From NCBI GenBank assembly GCA_030390025.1, contig CM059432.1, forward strand, positions 142,788,001-142,852,000: 64,000 nucleotides of DNA, in the 5' to 3' direction. Positions 12,151 through 24,607 of the stretch are shown piece after piece. Position numbers and translations under genes: made by a program. The stretch comes from Squalus acanthias. Taxonomy: Eukaryota. Every line of letters starts with the position of its first letter. Within the stretch, counting starts at the first letter, position 1. The notes under the pieces were generated by a model. The model saw only the letters and a list, made by a program, of their open reading frames with translations, was not told the DNA's origin and ran no database searches.

Positions 12151-13142
12151 GGGGCTGAATTTGCGGTCGGAGGCTTCCCGCGGACGGATGCCTCCGACCA
12201 GCAAAAAATCTACGGACTTACCTCGTGATCCTGGAGGTTCGGACACTCGTGTTCCTGGGCCTCTACGCGTAGGCCTGCGTAGAGGCCCACGTTTCCCAGA
12301 GGCGCAGGCGGTTCGCAAGCGCCCCTGGGATCACGTGGGCCAGCCCAACCAATCAAAGAAGGGGGATCCCCATTCATACTTATGGAGGTTCCGTTTGTAC
12401 GGAAACTCCATAAGCATGAATGGGGATGACATTAAAAATAGATTTAACATAACCAATAAAAAAAAAATTAATACAAAAAGAAAATACTGCAGATGCTGGA
12501 AATCTGAAATAAAAACAGAAAATGCTGGAGATACTCAGCAGGTCAGGCAGCATCTGTGAAGAGAGAAACAGTTAACGTTTCAGGTCGATGACCCTTCGTC
12601 AGAACTGGAAAAAAGCAGGAAATGGAACAGATTTTTAAGCAAGTGCCTTGAATATCTCTTAATGTCTCTTAACCTCTCCTGCCTTCTATCCTATCACAGA
12701 CCTCCCCTTTTGTTCTTTCATCCTCCCCCCTTTCCCAGCTCCTGCACTTGCTTAAAAATCTGTTCCATTTCCTGCATATTTTAAATGGTCTAAAAATAAA
12801 CTTACCTTATTGTACATGTGTTTTAATGTTTAAATGAATGGAAAAAAAAATATTTTTATGTTTTTAAAAATTCTTACGCTGGTAAAAGCAGGCCATACAC
12901 TTTTACCAGGCGTAAGAATTTCACGGGCATTCGCTGGGCAGAAGTTGGGCAAATAGCGCAACTCTCCGCCCGCGGAGGCCCTTTTCCCGGGGATGCGTTG
13001 GATTTATCAAGAAGGTTCTTGACAGATCGCAAGTTCCGGGTTTTAGCACATGCGCTTCGCATGCCTAAACCCGGAAGTTGCGCGGCCCCTATGGGCGCGT
13101 GCATACCTCGTACGCACCCGTAGGGGTCGCAAATTATGGCCC
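12151..13142. mobile_element. PIF/Harbinger-like MITE with an internal Penelope-derived insert (12476-12778)
   Basis: Imperfect TIRs ggggctgaatttgcg...cgcaaattatggccc with a 3-bp AAT duplication on both sides. No coding capacity. Confidence 0.72.
12569..12607 (-). ncRNA. Minimal type I hammerhead ribozyme motif in a Penelope-derived repeat
   Basis: Minus strand reads CAGUU CUGACGA A GGGUC auc GACCU GAAA CG UU AACUG. The core is intact, with 5-bp stem I, 5-bp stem II, palindromic stem III and a GUU triplet. Confidence 0.75.
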
Positions 13143-15589
13143 AATATTTCTTTAGCTAACGACACTCCTAACTATTGGACAAAAAGATGTCACAATATAT
13201 ATAGTCAGCAGTAAATGTTTGTTTTGCCTTGCCCTCGCTCTCCCATACACAGGAGCCAGCTGTTGCGCCGACAGAATTAGCCTGGCAACAGCTCTCCTTC
13301 ATGGTGGAAAATCCGCGACTTGGTGCCGCTCTGACATCTAACTGTGCAACCCGAGGCACTTCAGAGGCGTACGAGGTCAAAGAATGATCAATTAAGTAAC
13401 CAAAAGCTTGGTTTTAAGGAGGGTCTTCAAAAGCAATGGAGAGAGAGATGGAGGCTGGCAACTGGAGCACGCAGCCTAGGTCGCTGAATGTACAGCAGCC
13501 AATGGTGGGGTAAAGTGAGGGAGGATATCCGAGGCTCAAATCGCCGCAATGGAAAGTTCTGAGGGAGTGGGAGAATTGCCTTCCAAAAAGAAAGGTTGGG
13601 ACTAATGTGCAAAAAAAAAAGTGTTTTGGAAAAGAGAGGAATGATGGGAATTTTGGGGAATCTTTTGGATTATTTGGGATGACATGTTGGCAGTACAATC
13701 TCGAGTATCCACTAAATATGCACACTTCTTTGTGTGTTGAGCAGAAAAAAGAATTAGTTGGTCAGGAAGGAGGTGCTGTTTGATTTCTGGAGCAGCCAGA
13801 ATTAGGAAAATTATACACGTGGCCACACTATGTAATAAGATTAAAATGCAACAGATGTAACCTGAAGACTTTTCAGGTGAAAAATTTGCAGTTGCATTCC
13901 TTCTTCTGTATGTCTGCCCGAAAAATTTAGATCAAAGAACAGAGTGCAGATTTCGGAATTCAAGACCTTTTTCTCTCACCAAGATGTCCTGCTGAGAATT
14001 GTACTTTAAGCCACGTTGCCATTCTGGCAATAGGTGGCTGGCATGCTAAAAGAAGAATGTCGTTTGCTCCCATATCCAGTGGAGATACTTGAATATTTTA
14101 GTTTTATGTGCAAAGGCTGAAGATCCAAAACGCACCTCTAATAAGAAATGGGGATCCTTCTTTGTGCAGGAAAGATGTAAAATCTCAGAAGGAAGATCAA
14201 TCTGAATGTTTGAAGTGTGAAATTCCATTTCCCTAGTACCTGCTTTCTGACACTGCAGCATTGTTGGAGCTCACATGCAGCTCCCAGCGGCGTAAAATTA
14301 GCACAGCACAGTGCAGCAGCAAGAGACCCAGAAGGCTTGTACCAATCATCCCAATCTTGTGGGGATTACCATATTTCATTGTTTATTACCCAGCTACTTG
14401 TTACAGGGAGGAAATTGATATAATACCTGCCCCACTCAACCTGATGCATTCCCTTTCCCCCCCCCCCCCCCACCCCCCATCATCTCAACCCACCCACCTG
14501 ATTCTGCTTCTGTTGCTTGCCCACTAATTACCTTCCTGCTTTAGCAATCTCTGATTTGCCGCCTCGAGTCAGTGTTTGCCACTGGGTGGTAGGGGGTTAT
14601 CCCAGGAATTCCAGTTCCACCATTCTCCTGACGCTTTTTTGTTTTGTGTTTGTGGCAAAAGGAGATCGGGGGTCACAGAATGCTGTGATATTCTCGATAA
14701 TCAGAAAGTTTATAATCTGAAACGTGCCTCATTTTATGTGCTGTATCTACGATCGTGTGCCAGGGCTCACAGTTATCTTCGGATGTGGGAATGCCCACAA
14801 TCTCTCCATTCCTTTCATAAGGCAAAAAGTAACAGAGGCCAGTGCCTACTGGCTAAAACTAATGGTCAGATTTATTTACAGGCTAAAGTAATACTAAGGC
14901 ACAGCAAGTTACAGAGAGTACAAAGTAAAAATAAAAAACCCTTTGCTGCAATGTAAAACACATCGAGTGTCACTGTAGGGAATAGATGGGCTGTACACAG
15001 CAAGGTAGGCCCAGATACCCTTTCTTGTACTAGAGTTGCCTGCCTTGCTGCAAAAGCCGGAGCCAATGAAGGGAATTGGGTATGAAACAGAGAATTGAAT
15101 GAGCAAAGAAATGCGAGAGAGAGAGAGAGAAATGGCAGCTCCATGGTCTGGAGCCAGTGCTTCCATTCATGAAGCAGTTTGGTAATGTTGGTTTCTTTAG
15201 TTACGGATGAAACTGAGAAACTATGCTACAATTCTGAAGCCTGAAAGCAAGCATTAGGTACTTGTTTCATTTGCTTCTCTAAAGAGGAAAGCAAAATCTT
15301 TTATTTTCATCTGTGCTCAGGAGGCTTGTTATGCTACTGCTCTTCGAACATTATGTTATCACCTAAGATTGAAGTATTTCAACAGGTTTTTAACAAATGT
15401 GAAACTTCTGTATAAATCACCTGAAAAATGTTCGAAAATATACAAGCTAGGGACTGGCTAAGTAGCATTTCCAGGGATGAATAAAAAAAAAAACGGAGTA
15501 TTTTTTTGAATTATCGCTCCACTTGGCAAATGATTTTCCTTCAGCCTCCAAGGTGCTTTTCAAAACCATAGGTCTGTCTCTGCTGATGT

Positions 15590-16362
15590 GCTTGTCCGAA
15601 ATTCAGTACTGGATGAGCAGAAATTTCCTCCAACTAAATATTGGGAAGATCGAAGCCATTGTCTTCGGCCCTCGCCACAAACTCCATTCCCTTCCCTGAC
15701 CACTGTCTGAAGCTGAACCAGATTGTTCACAACCTCGCCGTCCTATTTGATCCTGAGGTGAGCTTCTGATTCCATTGCCTCTCCATCACCAAGACCCCCT
15801 GCTTCCACCTCCATAACATCGCCTGTCTCTGTCCCAGCCTCAGCCCATCTGCTGCTGAAACCCTCATCAATGCTTTTGTTACCTCCTTCCTGTTACCTTC
15901 CAACGCTCTCCTGGCTGGCTTCCCATCTTCCACCCTCCTGTAAACTTCAGCTCATCCAAAGCTCTGCTGCCCCGTGTCCTAACTCTCACCAAGTCCTATT
16001 CATCCATCACCCCTCTGCTGCCCGCATCCTAACTCTCGCCAAGTCCTATTCATCCATCACCCCTCTGCTGCCCGCATCCTAACTCTCGCCAAGTCCTATT
16101 CATCCATCACCCCTCTGCTGCCCGCATCCTAACTCTCACCAAGTCCTATTCCTCCATCACCCCTCTGCTGCCCGCATCCTAACTCACACCAAGTCCTATT
16201 CATCCATCACCCCTCTGCTGCCCGCATCCTAACTCTCACCAAGTCCTATTCATCCATCACCCCTCTGCTTGGTCCAGCAGTGCCTGAAATTAAAAATTCT
16301 CATCCCTCCATTGTCCTTGCCCACTCTGAGTCTCTCTAACCTCCTCCAGCCCGACAACCCTC
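15590..16362 (+). mobile_element. L2 LINE fragment containing a 50-bp tandem expansion
   Basis: Encodes WMSRNFLQLNIGK.EAIVFG, ETLINAFVTS and KLQLIQSSAA. Confidence 0.85.
15962..16269. repeat. 50-bp tandem repeat, about 6 copies, derived from L2 sequence
   Basis: Unit ctctgctgcccgcatcctaactctc(a/g)ccaagtcctattcatccatcaccc. Confidence 0.95.
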
Positions 16363-16369
16363 GAGACGT

Positions 16370-16870
16370 AGTAATGTAGCAAAACGTCCCAAGGCGCTTC
16401 ACAGGAGTGTAATCACACAAAATTTGACCCCGCGCCACATAAGGAGATATTAGAACAGGTTGGTCACAGAGGTGGGTTTTAAAGGAGGACAGAGGCGGAG
16501 AGGTTTAGAGGGGGAAATTCAGAGCTAAGGGTTTAGGCAGCTGAAGGCACAGCCACCAGTGGTGGCAGGAAGGAAATAGGGGACACGCAAAAGGCCAATA
16601 TTGGAGGTGCGCAGAGATCTCAAGAGTTGTAGGGCTGGAGGAGGTTACAGAGAAAGGGAGGGATGAGGCTATTGAGGGATTTGAACACACGGGTGAGAAT
16701 TTAAAAACTGAGGCATTGCTGGACTAGGAGCCAATGTTGGTCAGCGAGCACAGGGTTGATGGGTGAACGGGACTTTTGCGAGTTAGGATACGGGCAGCAG
16801 AGCTTTAGATGAGCTGAAGTTTATGGAGGGTGGAAGATGGGAGGCCGGTCAGGAGATCAATTGAATAGAC
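16370..16870 (-). mobile_element. L2 3' fragment, tail-to-tail with the preceding L2
   Basis: Colinear with 1-400 (ggagccaatgt..gtcagcgagcacaggg..gggtgaacgggactt), with the 3' end aacgtcccaaggcgcttcacaggag. Confidence 0.85.
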
Positions 16871-17522
16871 AATACCAGGAACCTGTTGTACTGGAGTTGT
16901 TTCAGGAACCTGTGTAAATGTAGTGTAGCAGAACATTCTGTAATGGGAGACTCGCTTCGAAAAACAAAGTCCATGATTGATAGTGTTGATCCGTTGAATT
17001 ATATCTTGTGCAATTTCTTCTTGATGAAGAGGAAATCTAGGCTACAGCTTCATTACTTTTTGAATTGAAGACATCCTAGTTTTTCTGGTCATACAATTGT
17101 AAAAGTGGAAAAAGTTGAAGGACCTGTTTGCAGACCGTGTCAGTAACGCTACTCCCAGAACACGAACATTTTCAATTAATTTCTTAATTTTAAAATCTGT
17201 GCCTTTGAGTCTTGGTGACATTGCTTCATTACATGCCCATCAAGCTTTATTTTATGTGCAGATAGTGTATCCGAAATGGCGAAAGGGTTAGAAAACAATA
17301 CTGTCTGCGTTAGTCGATCTGTTCTGCAGCAACTGGAGTATTAAATTATTTGGGTAATATTACAAGAAATAATGTGTCCTCATTACATCACTTGTGTTAT
17401 TGTGCTGATCCCCTGTAACATCACACTTCTGTCCTTCAACTTCATCTGATGCAGTATTCATCAGCCGTTTGTGTGATCATCCTCCCAATATTTTTCCAGC
17501 TTAAAGCGTGGCTTAAATCCCA

Positions 17523-19230
17523 TGGGCTAAAAGTTCCGGGGCTTTACGCCACCCATTACCATCACAAAATGGCAAAGAGGACAGCCCGCTACTCTCTCAC
17601 CAGCTGGTGGCGGATCCCGCAGCATCCTCCATTTTCCCAGGCCCGGCAGCACTGCTGGTATGATGCATTGCCCTGCAGATTAAATGAGAGCGCGGTGACG
17701 CACGGCGAACTTGGACGTTTGCGCTGAGTTCAGTGCTGGGTCCTAAGCTCGCCATGTAAACCCAGCATGCAAGCAGGCTCACAGAGATGCTGTCAGCACC
17801 TCTTAAAGGGACACACACATCTTTCAGGGAAGTTTGCGTTTAAGCTTTTGGACTTCTTATTTTTATTTTATTGAAGTAGTGGCTTGCTGCAATACATGAA
17901 GTTTTTTAAGTGTGTAGGGAATGCTGCTGGATGTTTGCAAGACCTCGGATGGTAAAGGAAGGTGTCTGAGCAGGCAGAAAATGCTGTAAATACTCAGCAG
18001 ATCATGCAACATCTGTGGAGAAAGAAACAGAGTTCATGTCTCCGGTCAAGATGCTGCCTGACCAGCTGAGTATTTCCAGCATTTTATGCTGTCATTTCAG
18101 ATTTACAGCATCTGCTCACAGGGAAGAGGAAGACGCAGAAGAGGAGGAAGCCGAAGGAAGGTTGCAACCCAGACAGCCCCTTTCTGGCCGGGATATCCAG
18201 GATGGAATCATTCGCCTGTGGTCCCAGTGACCACAACCCCAATTCCCCTTCAATATTAGCCCCACACTGTACCATCCCTCTGTTATTGACCATCACAGCG
18301 TCCTCTTGGCCATGATGCCGAAATAAAAGCCACCACAAAGCAAACTTTCCAATACAACTTTATACATCTATCCATCCAATATGACGTCAAGAAATCAACT
18401 CCTCACCCTTATGCATTCCCTTAGTGACTGTCTTGTGTGTACCTTTGCCGATCCTACTGATGTCACGCCGTGCTACCCCAGTGGCTGCAGCATGGCTGGT
18501 GGAAGGCTGCTGACTGTCAGTGGGGGACACTGCAAATGGCCTTGCTGGTCGACCTTGAGAAGCTGGTGGCTGGGAATGTCCAATCAAGTGACGGTGTTTT
18601 TTCTTTACTCTCCTCGCCTCTTGGCCAACCACTGGCTGGGCAGGCTGCATTTCTTGGTGTGTGAATTGAGGAAGGCACAAGGGGTGGAGTTGTGAGCCCG
18701 AGGGCAGGAAAGCAAGAAGTGCATGCCAGAAGGAGGATAACGTATGAGGATACCAGCATCTTTTATCCTTTTTGCTGCACCGCTGGCCAAGGGCTCAGCC
18801 ATGCCCCTGCCAAGAATGGCCAGCACCGTCTCCTCCAAGGGGGGTGAGGTGAGGCTAGGAATGGGAGATGTGCCTCGTGATTGTTGGTAGGTGAGCGATT
18901 GGGAGGGTGGGATCGTGCATTGAGCAGTGTGTGAAGCTAGTAGTGCAGTTGGTAGGAGACGGCTTTTGAAGATGCATTCACTGACCTTGACCAGTGGTCT
19001 GAGGTCATGAAACTTCTTTGGGCACTGGAGCCAGGTGGTGGGGGCGACACTGCTGGCAGTGACAGCCTTAGTGATGTAGTCCCACATTGTTCTTTCTGGA
19101 GGCCCTCCTGGCCCCTGTGGGTAGAGGACCTCTCTTGCAGTGTTGACCCCCTGCACAAAGCTGGTGTGTTGCTTGCCAGACCCTGGGTGCCCCTTCCCTG
19201 GCTTGCTGAGCCGGCGGGGAATTCAGCTTT
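17523..19230. mobile_element. Degenerate PIF/Harbinger-type transposon with a Myb/SANT gene remnant
   Basis: Minus-strand peptide VQGVNTAREVLYPQG...MWDYITKAVTASSVAPTTWLQCPKKFHDL is a trihelix Myb/SANT pattern. An acidic peptide at 18120-18230 (+) resembles a Harbinger nuclease C-terminus. Termini are only weakly TIR-like, so boundaries are approximate. Confidence 0.65.
18750..19156 (-). pseudogene. Myb/SANT-like DNA-binding protein remnant (transposon-derived)
   Basis: W...W.QC.KKF.DL helix motif followed by an AAG|gtcagt donor-like site, then a downstream LEETVLAILGR segment. The N-terminus is missing. Confidence 0.65.
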
Positions 19231-20092
19231 TAGCGATGAATAATCACATTTGGGACTTTTTAATGGGTTTTTTTAAAAGCCAGTTAGGGCTGAAAACTGC
19301 ATTTTTTCACACTTACTTTTTTAATTAGTTCTGAACGCATCGACTCTGATCAGCACTTCGCTAGAAATTGTGGTTCCACTGGCCTGCTATTCATCCCCAA
19401 AACTTAATAGAACTGATGCAAGAACCAAACTGAGTATATTTAATAAAGTCTGTCATGGAGCCATTTCTAGTAGTTCTATTCCCCTTGAAATTGAACTATT
19501 TGCAAGAATCGGACTGGAGTTAGTTTCTGGACGTCACAGTTTCCACAAACATTGAGAACTTGTTACTGTTTTTTGTTGTTGCAGTAAACAGTGGTTCAGT
19601 TAAATGGTCCAAGCCAGCATTTTCTTCAGTTGTTCTTGGATTCACTTTTGTAACTCCTGAGCACAGTTGATTGCAGGGTGTCGGACGTGGGACAACATTT
19701 TCTATTAACCTGGATGCAGTATTTGACTGGTGACTGTGCTCCTTGGGATTTGAGTTGACTCCAAGATGAATAGGAAAAACTGCAAATCTGAAATGAAAAC
19801 AAAAGTAAATTTGGAAAAACACAGCAGGTCAGTCAGCGCCCGTTGAGAGAAAAGACAGGCTATGATAATGCACATGTGGTGTACTCGTCATCAGACGAGC
19901 AGCTTTGCAGTTCTCCAGGGCACCGTTACTCCACCAGCCTCAGTGGGAGCTGGTTTTCTTCCTACTTTGCTTCAGCTCAAGCTGGTGCCCTAAAGGGCCA
20001 GGTGGCCCTGGCTCGACAGACAATGGTGGGTGGGGGTTATGATGGCCGTGGAGTGGTAGGCTACTTGGTATTGATAAAACTCCAGCTGTAAC

Positions 20093-20970
20093 ACCCCCCC
20101 CCCACCCCCGGCCCGGTGCACACTTGGGTTTTGCTGTACCTCCCCCCCCCCCGCGCACACTTGGGTTTTGCCGTACCCCCCCGCGCACACTTGGGTTTTG
20201 CCGTACTCCCCCCCCCCGCGCACACTTGGGTTTTGCCGTACTCCCCCCCCCGCGCACACTTGGGTTTTGCCGTACCCCCCCGCGCACACTTGGGTTTTGC
20301 CGTACCCCCCACGCACACTTGGGTTTTGCCGTACCCCCCGCGCACACTTGGGTTTTGCCGTACCCCCCCGCGCACACTTGGGTTTTGCCGTACCCCCCAC
20401 GCACACTTGGGTTTTGCCGTACCCCCCACGCACACTTGGGTTTTGCCGTACCCCCCGCGCACACTTGGGTTTTGCCGTACCCCCCCGCGCACACTTGGGT
20501 TTTGCCGTACCCCCCACGCACACTTGGGTTTTGCCGTACCCCCCGCGCACACTTGGGTTTTGCCGTACCCCCCCCCCCCCCCCCCGCGCACACTTGGGTT
20601 TTGCCGTACCCCCCGCGCACACTTGGATTTTGCTGTACCCCCCCGCGCACACTTGGGTTTTGCCGTACCCCCCCCACGCACACTTGGGTTTTGCCGTACC
20701 CCCCTGCGCACACTTGGGTTTTGCTGTACCCCCCCCCCCCCCCAAGTGCACACTTGGGTGTACCTCCCCGCGCACACTTGGGTTTTGCCGTACCTCCCCG
20801 CGCACACTTGGGTTTTGCCGTACCCCCCCGCGCACACTTGGGTTTTGCTGTACCCCCCCGCGCACACTTGGGTTTTGCCGTACCCCCCCGCGCACACTTG
20901 GGTTTTGCTGTACCCCCGCCCCCCCCCAAGTGCACACTTGGGTGTACCCTCCCTGTGCACACTTGGGTTG
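20093..20970. repeat. GC-skewed minisatellite of about 29-31 bp, about 28 copies
   Basis: Core gc(g)cacacttgggttttgccgtac followed by a variable poly-C run. Confidence 0.97.
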
Positions 20971-23900
20971 CGAAAGTCTTGGCTCTGCCATCCTGCGCCC
21001 AAGCTCTGGACTTGGGTCAGTGGAGTGTGTTCCTATAGGGGGAGAGTGTGCACTCCATATCTGGCAAACGGAAACCATGTGAGTTTCTCAGTAGCTCGGT
21101 TTAGAGAATCTTAAACAAGTGTGTTCGACATCTGGCCAAAAAGAGATTGACTATGCTATAGCTGACATTTCAGCTTAGCAATTCGAGTGTAGATTTTGGC
21201 TTGGCTTTATTAAAAAAAAACACACAATCCCCTCACGCAGATGCGTACAATATCCATTTTTGCATTGTTGCCAAAATTTAAGTGTAGCAACGTGTCATTA
21301 TTCTGCCAGCTTAATTCAGCTTAGTTATATTACGTCCTTAGTTGTTTTAATCCTATGGCAAAGGTAAAAAGGTGACATTGTATTTTATAAACATTCGAAA
21401 TAGTTACAGATGAGCTCAACTTAGATGTAAACATTTGTAAAACTTGGCTGAAACGTAACATTTCTTGTTCCAGCCCATCCTTGGCATTGAAAATGTTGTT
21501 TTCCACTTTCTGCCAGCCCATCAATAAATCTGCCATTTCCATCACCATCCAACAGACTTGAGATTCGTAAAGTTGTTGTTCACTAGGTTTTTCTTTACAT
21601 CCTCAACAACTGGCATTGATATCGTGCCCTTACATGTAGAGAAAGAGCCCAAGGCACTGCGCAGAGATGTAATGAGACAAAAAGCAGACAAAGACCAAAG
21701 GACCAAATATTCGGACGGTTAACCAAAATCTTTGGTCCAAGACGTGGGGGTTTTAAGGAGGGTCTTAAAACGTATGTTTCACAAGCACCTCCACTTCTTC
21801 ATTGTCCATTGTAATGTCCAATGTTTTAAAAAATAAGACTTTTGTGGAGCCAACGTGATATGCAAAGGGAGAAATGTGTTTTGAGTACTGAGAAGTTGGG
21901 ATATCAGATATGGTACAGGACAGCAGAGCAAGGAGATGCAGATATTAGCTGAAAACAGGTAGATTCAAGCGAGACAAAAGGAAGCATTATTTCACGGAGG
22001 GTGATCTGTCTTTGGAATAGTTTCCGGAGGGAAGTTACGAGACCAGTAAGTAACTAGGATCTGCTCGAACTCAAATTGAACCAGTACCTTGGGCGAAACG
22101 AATCATCAGTTACAACCATTAGGATATCAGGAGGATGGACAAGCCGAGACACTGTTGATGAAGCTAACTAAATTCAGTACAGTAATATGATTGTTTTGAA
22201 GTGCAGCCTTTCAAGCGGTTACTTTTCAGTGGGTGTCTGGGAGCTTTGCTTCTCTATATTTTTGTGCTTCACGCTATATAGTTAAATTGTTTCTTTGAAC
22301 CATTGAAAAATCTGAGATTAAAATGTTGTCATGTGCTTTACACACTGCATGTTTCATGCACCACGTGCTAGAAGCAAGATTTCTAATTGTGTAGATAGTA
22401 CGAAGTGCAACATACGAAGACTCGAGATAAATATAATGCAGTGTCCAGGAATTAATGCACAATATAGAGCAAACATATGTAGTATAGTACTTTTAAATAT
22501 GCAGACTAGAAGTAATGCACCTATTATAAAGTACAGAAACATTGGGAAGAGTTCAGTACCGCGGGAAATGGCCTTGTTAAGAAATTGGGTATAGATTCAA
22601 AGCATTGCAACAGTACTGCAAGTGTAAGCACCCGTTAACTTTTATACTGCTGCATGTAAATTAAGATAGGGGTTCATCTTGTCCAGGCACTGCAACACCA
22701 GTGTTATGTTGCACCGTTCTATATTATGTTGTTTCACGAGAGAAAGACATCTATATATACTGTAGTTATAAATGTTAGTATGTTTTGATAAAGTAACCCA
22801 TTGTCTAAAGGCAATGATTATTTATTTGCAGCATTATCCCTAAATTTCCAGCACAAGCAGAACACTTTGGGTTAGTTAGGCTGTGTTGCCAACCTCCTAA
22901 ACCTACGGCTGAATGCCCTGCATGCATCAGTATGGGCTCCTGTGGTGGATGATGCCAGTTGCTCCATGTCCTCCATATAGTCCTCAGAAACGGAAGAGTT
23001 TGTAACAGTGAAATTAATTTCCTCCTCCATAAATTTGTTTGCTAGCTACACCCACACCAGGAACTACCACGAAGTATTCCACGTACAGCTGAGTAGATGA
23101 CAAAAGGGGGAAAAAAGACTGAACACGCTAGGTAGGAAGTGCCACAAAAAAAACACTGACTTCCTTAAAGAAGCTTTCCAGATATAGCCGAGAAAAAATA
23201 CAGTTCTTCACTTGGAGCAGCACATCTATCAACACCGGTCAAACATTAAGACAAATATTTGCTTCCATACAAATGCACCATTACAACCTCACCATCATTG
23301 TGCACTGTCAACTAAAGCTGGGACTTCAAATAAATACAGCATTCTGCTCGACTTATTTTCGCCATTTGCCCCATTTTCTCCCCTTTCCTTCCTGCTTGCC
23401 AAAAGCTCCAACTCGTGCTGGATTACGGAGCATCGTCCAAGGAGCCATACTTCATGAACTAGATGGTCAGCAGCTGACTGAACTTTAGCTGATGATGCAA
23501 GCTTACAAAAAAAAATTGGACAGCTCAAATAGTTATGTGCCAGTCCATAACTGGCAGCAGCAGTGTCAGACAGACCAAGGTAACATACTTAAATGCTTAA
23601 TAGGCGCCAAAGGATAAGATTTCCATCAATACTCATTGCAGAGAATGAGATCATAGTTCACATTTTACAATACAATAAGTCAGACAATTGTTACGAGCAC
23701 TGTGCTTTCTTATAAGTGCACTGTAAGAAGCAAAAACTATTACAAAACAACATGTACAAGTATAAACTAGTGGATATGTTATAATCCGAGGAAACTAGCC
23801 AGATCAACAAACACCAATTTAAACATTTTTTTTTTACTTCCATCAAGACATAAATAGCCCAAGGTGAGTCTGTAAAGGCATTTCAAAATGAGAATGAGGA

Positions 23901-24289
23901 TCTTTTATACTGTTTTTTGGGGACACCAGAATGCGCGGGTGGGTGTGGGAGGAAGTGAAGTGATTTATGGTGCAGAGAGAACTGGCCTACATTATTTTCA
24001 GCTTGTGATGGGTGGAGTGTGTTTGAGAAGTAATTTGTTGAGGCGATCAAGGTGCCAATGTGGAGGGGTGAAGAAATAGTCTGTTCTGGAGGTGGAGGAA
24101 TATGGTGTTGGGGTGGAAGGCTCTGCCCAGGGCGGAACAGAAGTTGCAGATAAACTAGAAATTGCATTCTGACGGAATATTCTTTTTGGGGAGTTATGCT
24201 GCAAGGTTTGAAGAAAAGCTAGCCATGTCTGGAGAGAGTTGCTGGCGTACCCTCCAAGAGAAGCTGCTCTGCCCAAATGCATATTTTTT

Positions 24290-24607
24290 AAATATTTGTT
24301 CACGGGATCTGGGCGTCGCTGGCAAGGCCAGCATTTATTACCCATCCCTAATTACCCTCGAGAAGGTGGTGGTGAGCCGTCGCCTTGAACCGCTGCAGTC
24401 CGTGTGGTGAAGGCACTCCCACAGTGCTGTTAGGGAGGGAGTTCCAGGATTTTGACCCAGTGACATGAAGGAACGGCGATATATTTCTAAATTAGGATGG
24501 TGTGTAACTTGGAGGGTAACTTGGAGGTGATGGTGTTCCCATGTGCCTGCTGCCCGTCACCTCCTAGGCGGTAGAAGTCGTGGGTTTGGGAGGTGCTGTC
24601 GAAGAAA
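24290..24607 (-). mobile_element. LINE family B (CR1 clade) 3' fragment
   Basis: Reverse complement of the 3' end seen at 32965-33140 and 51580-51895. Confidence 0.85.

Noticed and set aside
19940..21114. Six overlapping ORFs of 300-360 aa, and a superficial CRISPR-like repeat/spacer look
   Set aside because: This is a minisatellite. The 'spacers' are only poly-C runs, there are no cas genes, and the context is a vertebrate intron.
22900..23030. Short acidic minus-strand reading frame (MEEEINFTVTNSSVSEDYMEDMEQL…)
   Set aside because: It is too short, matches no family I recognise, and lacks convincing splice context.
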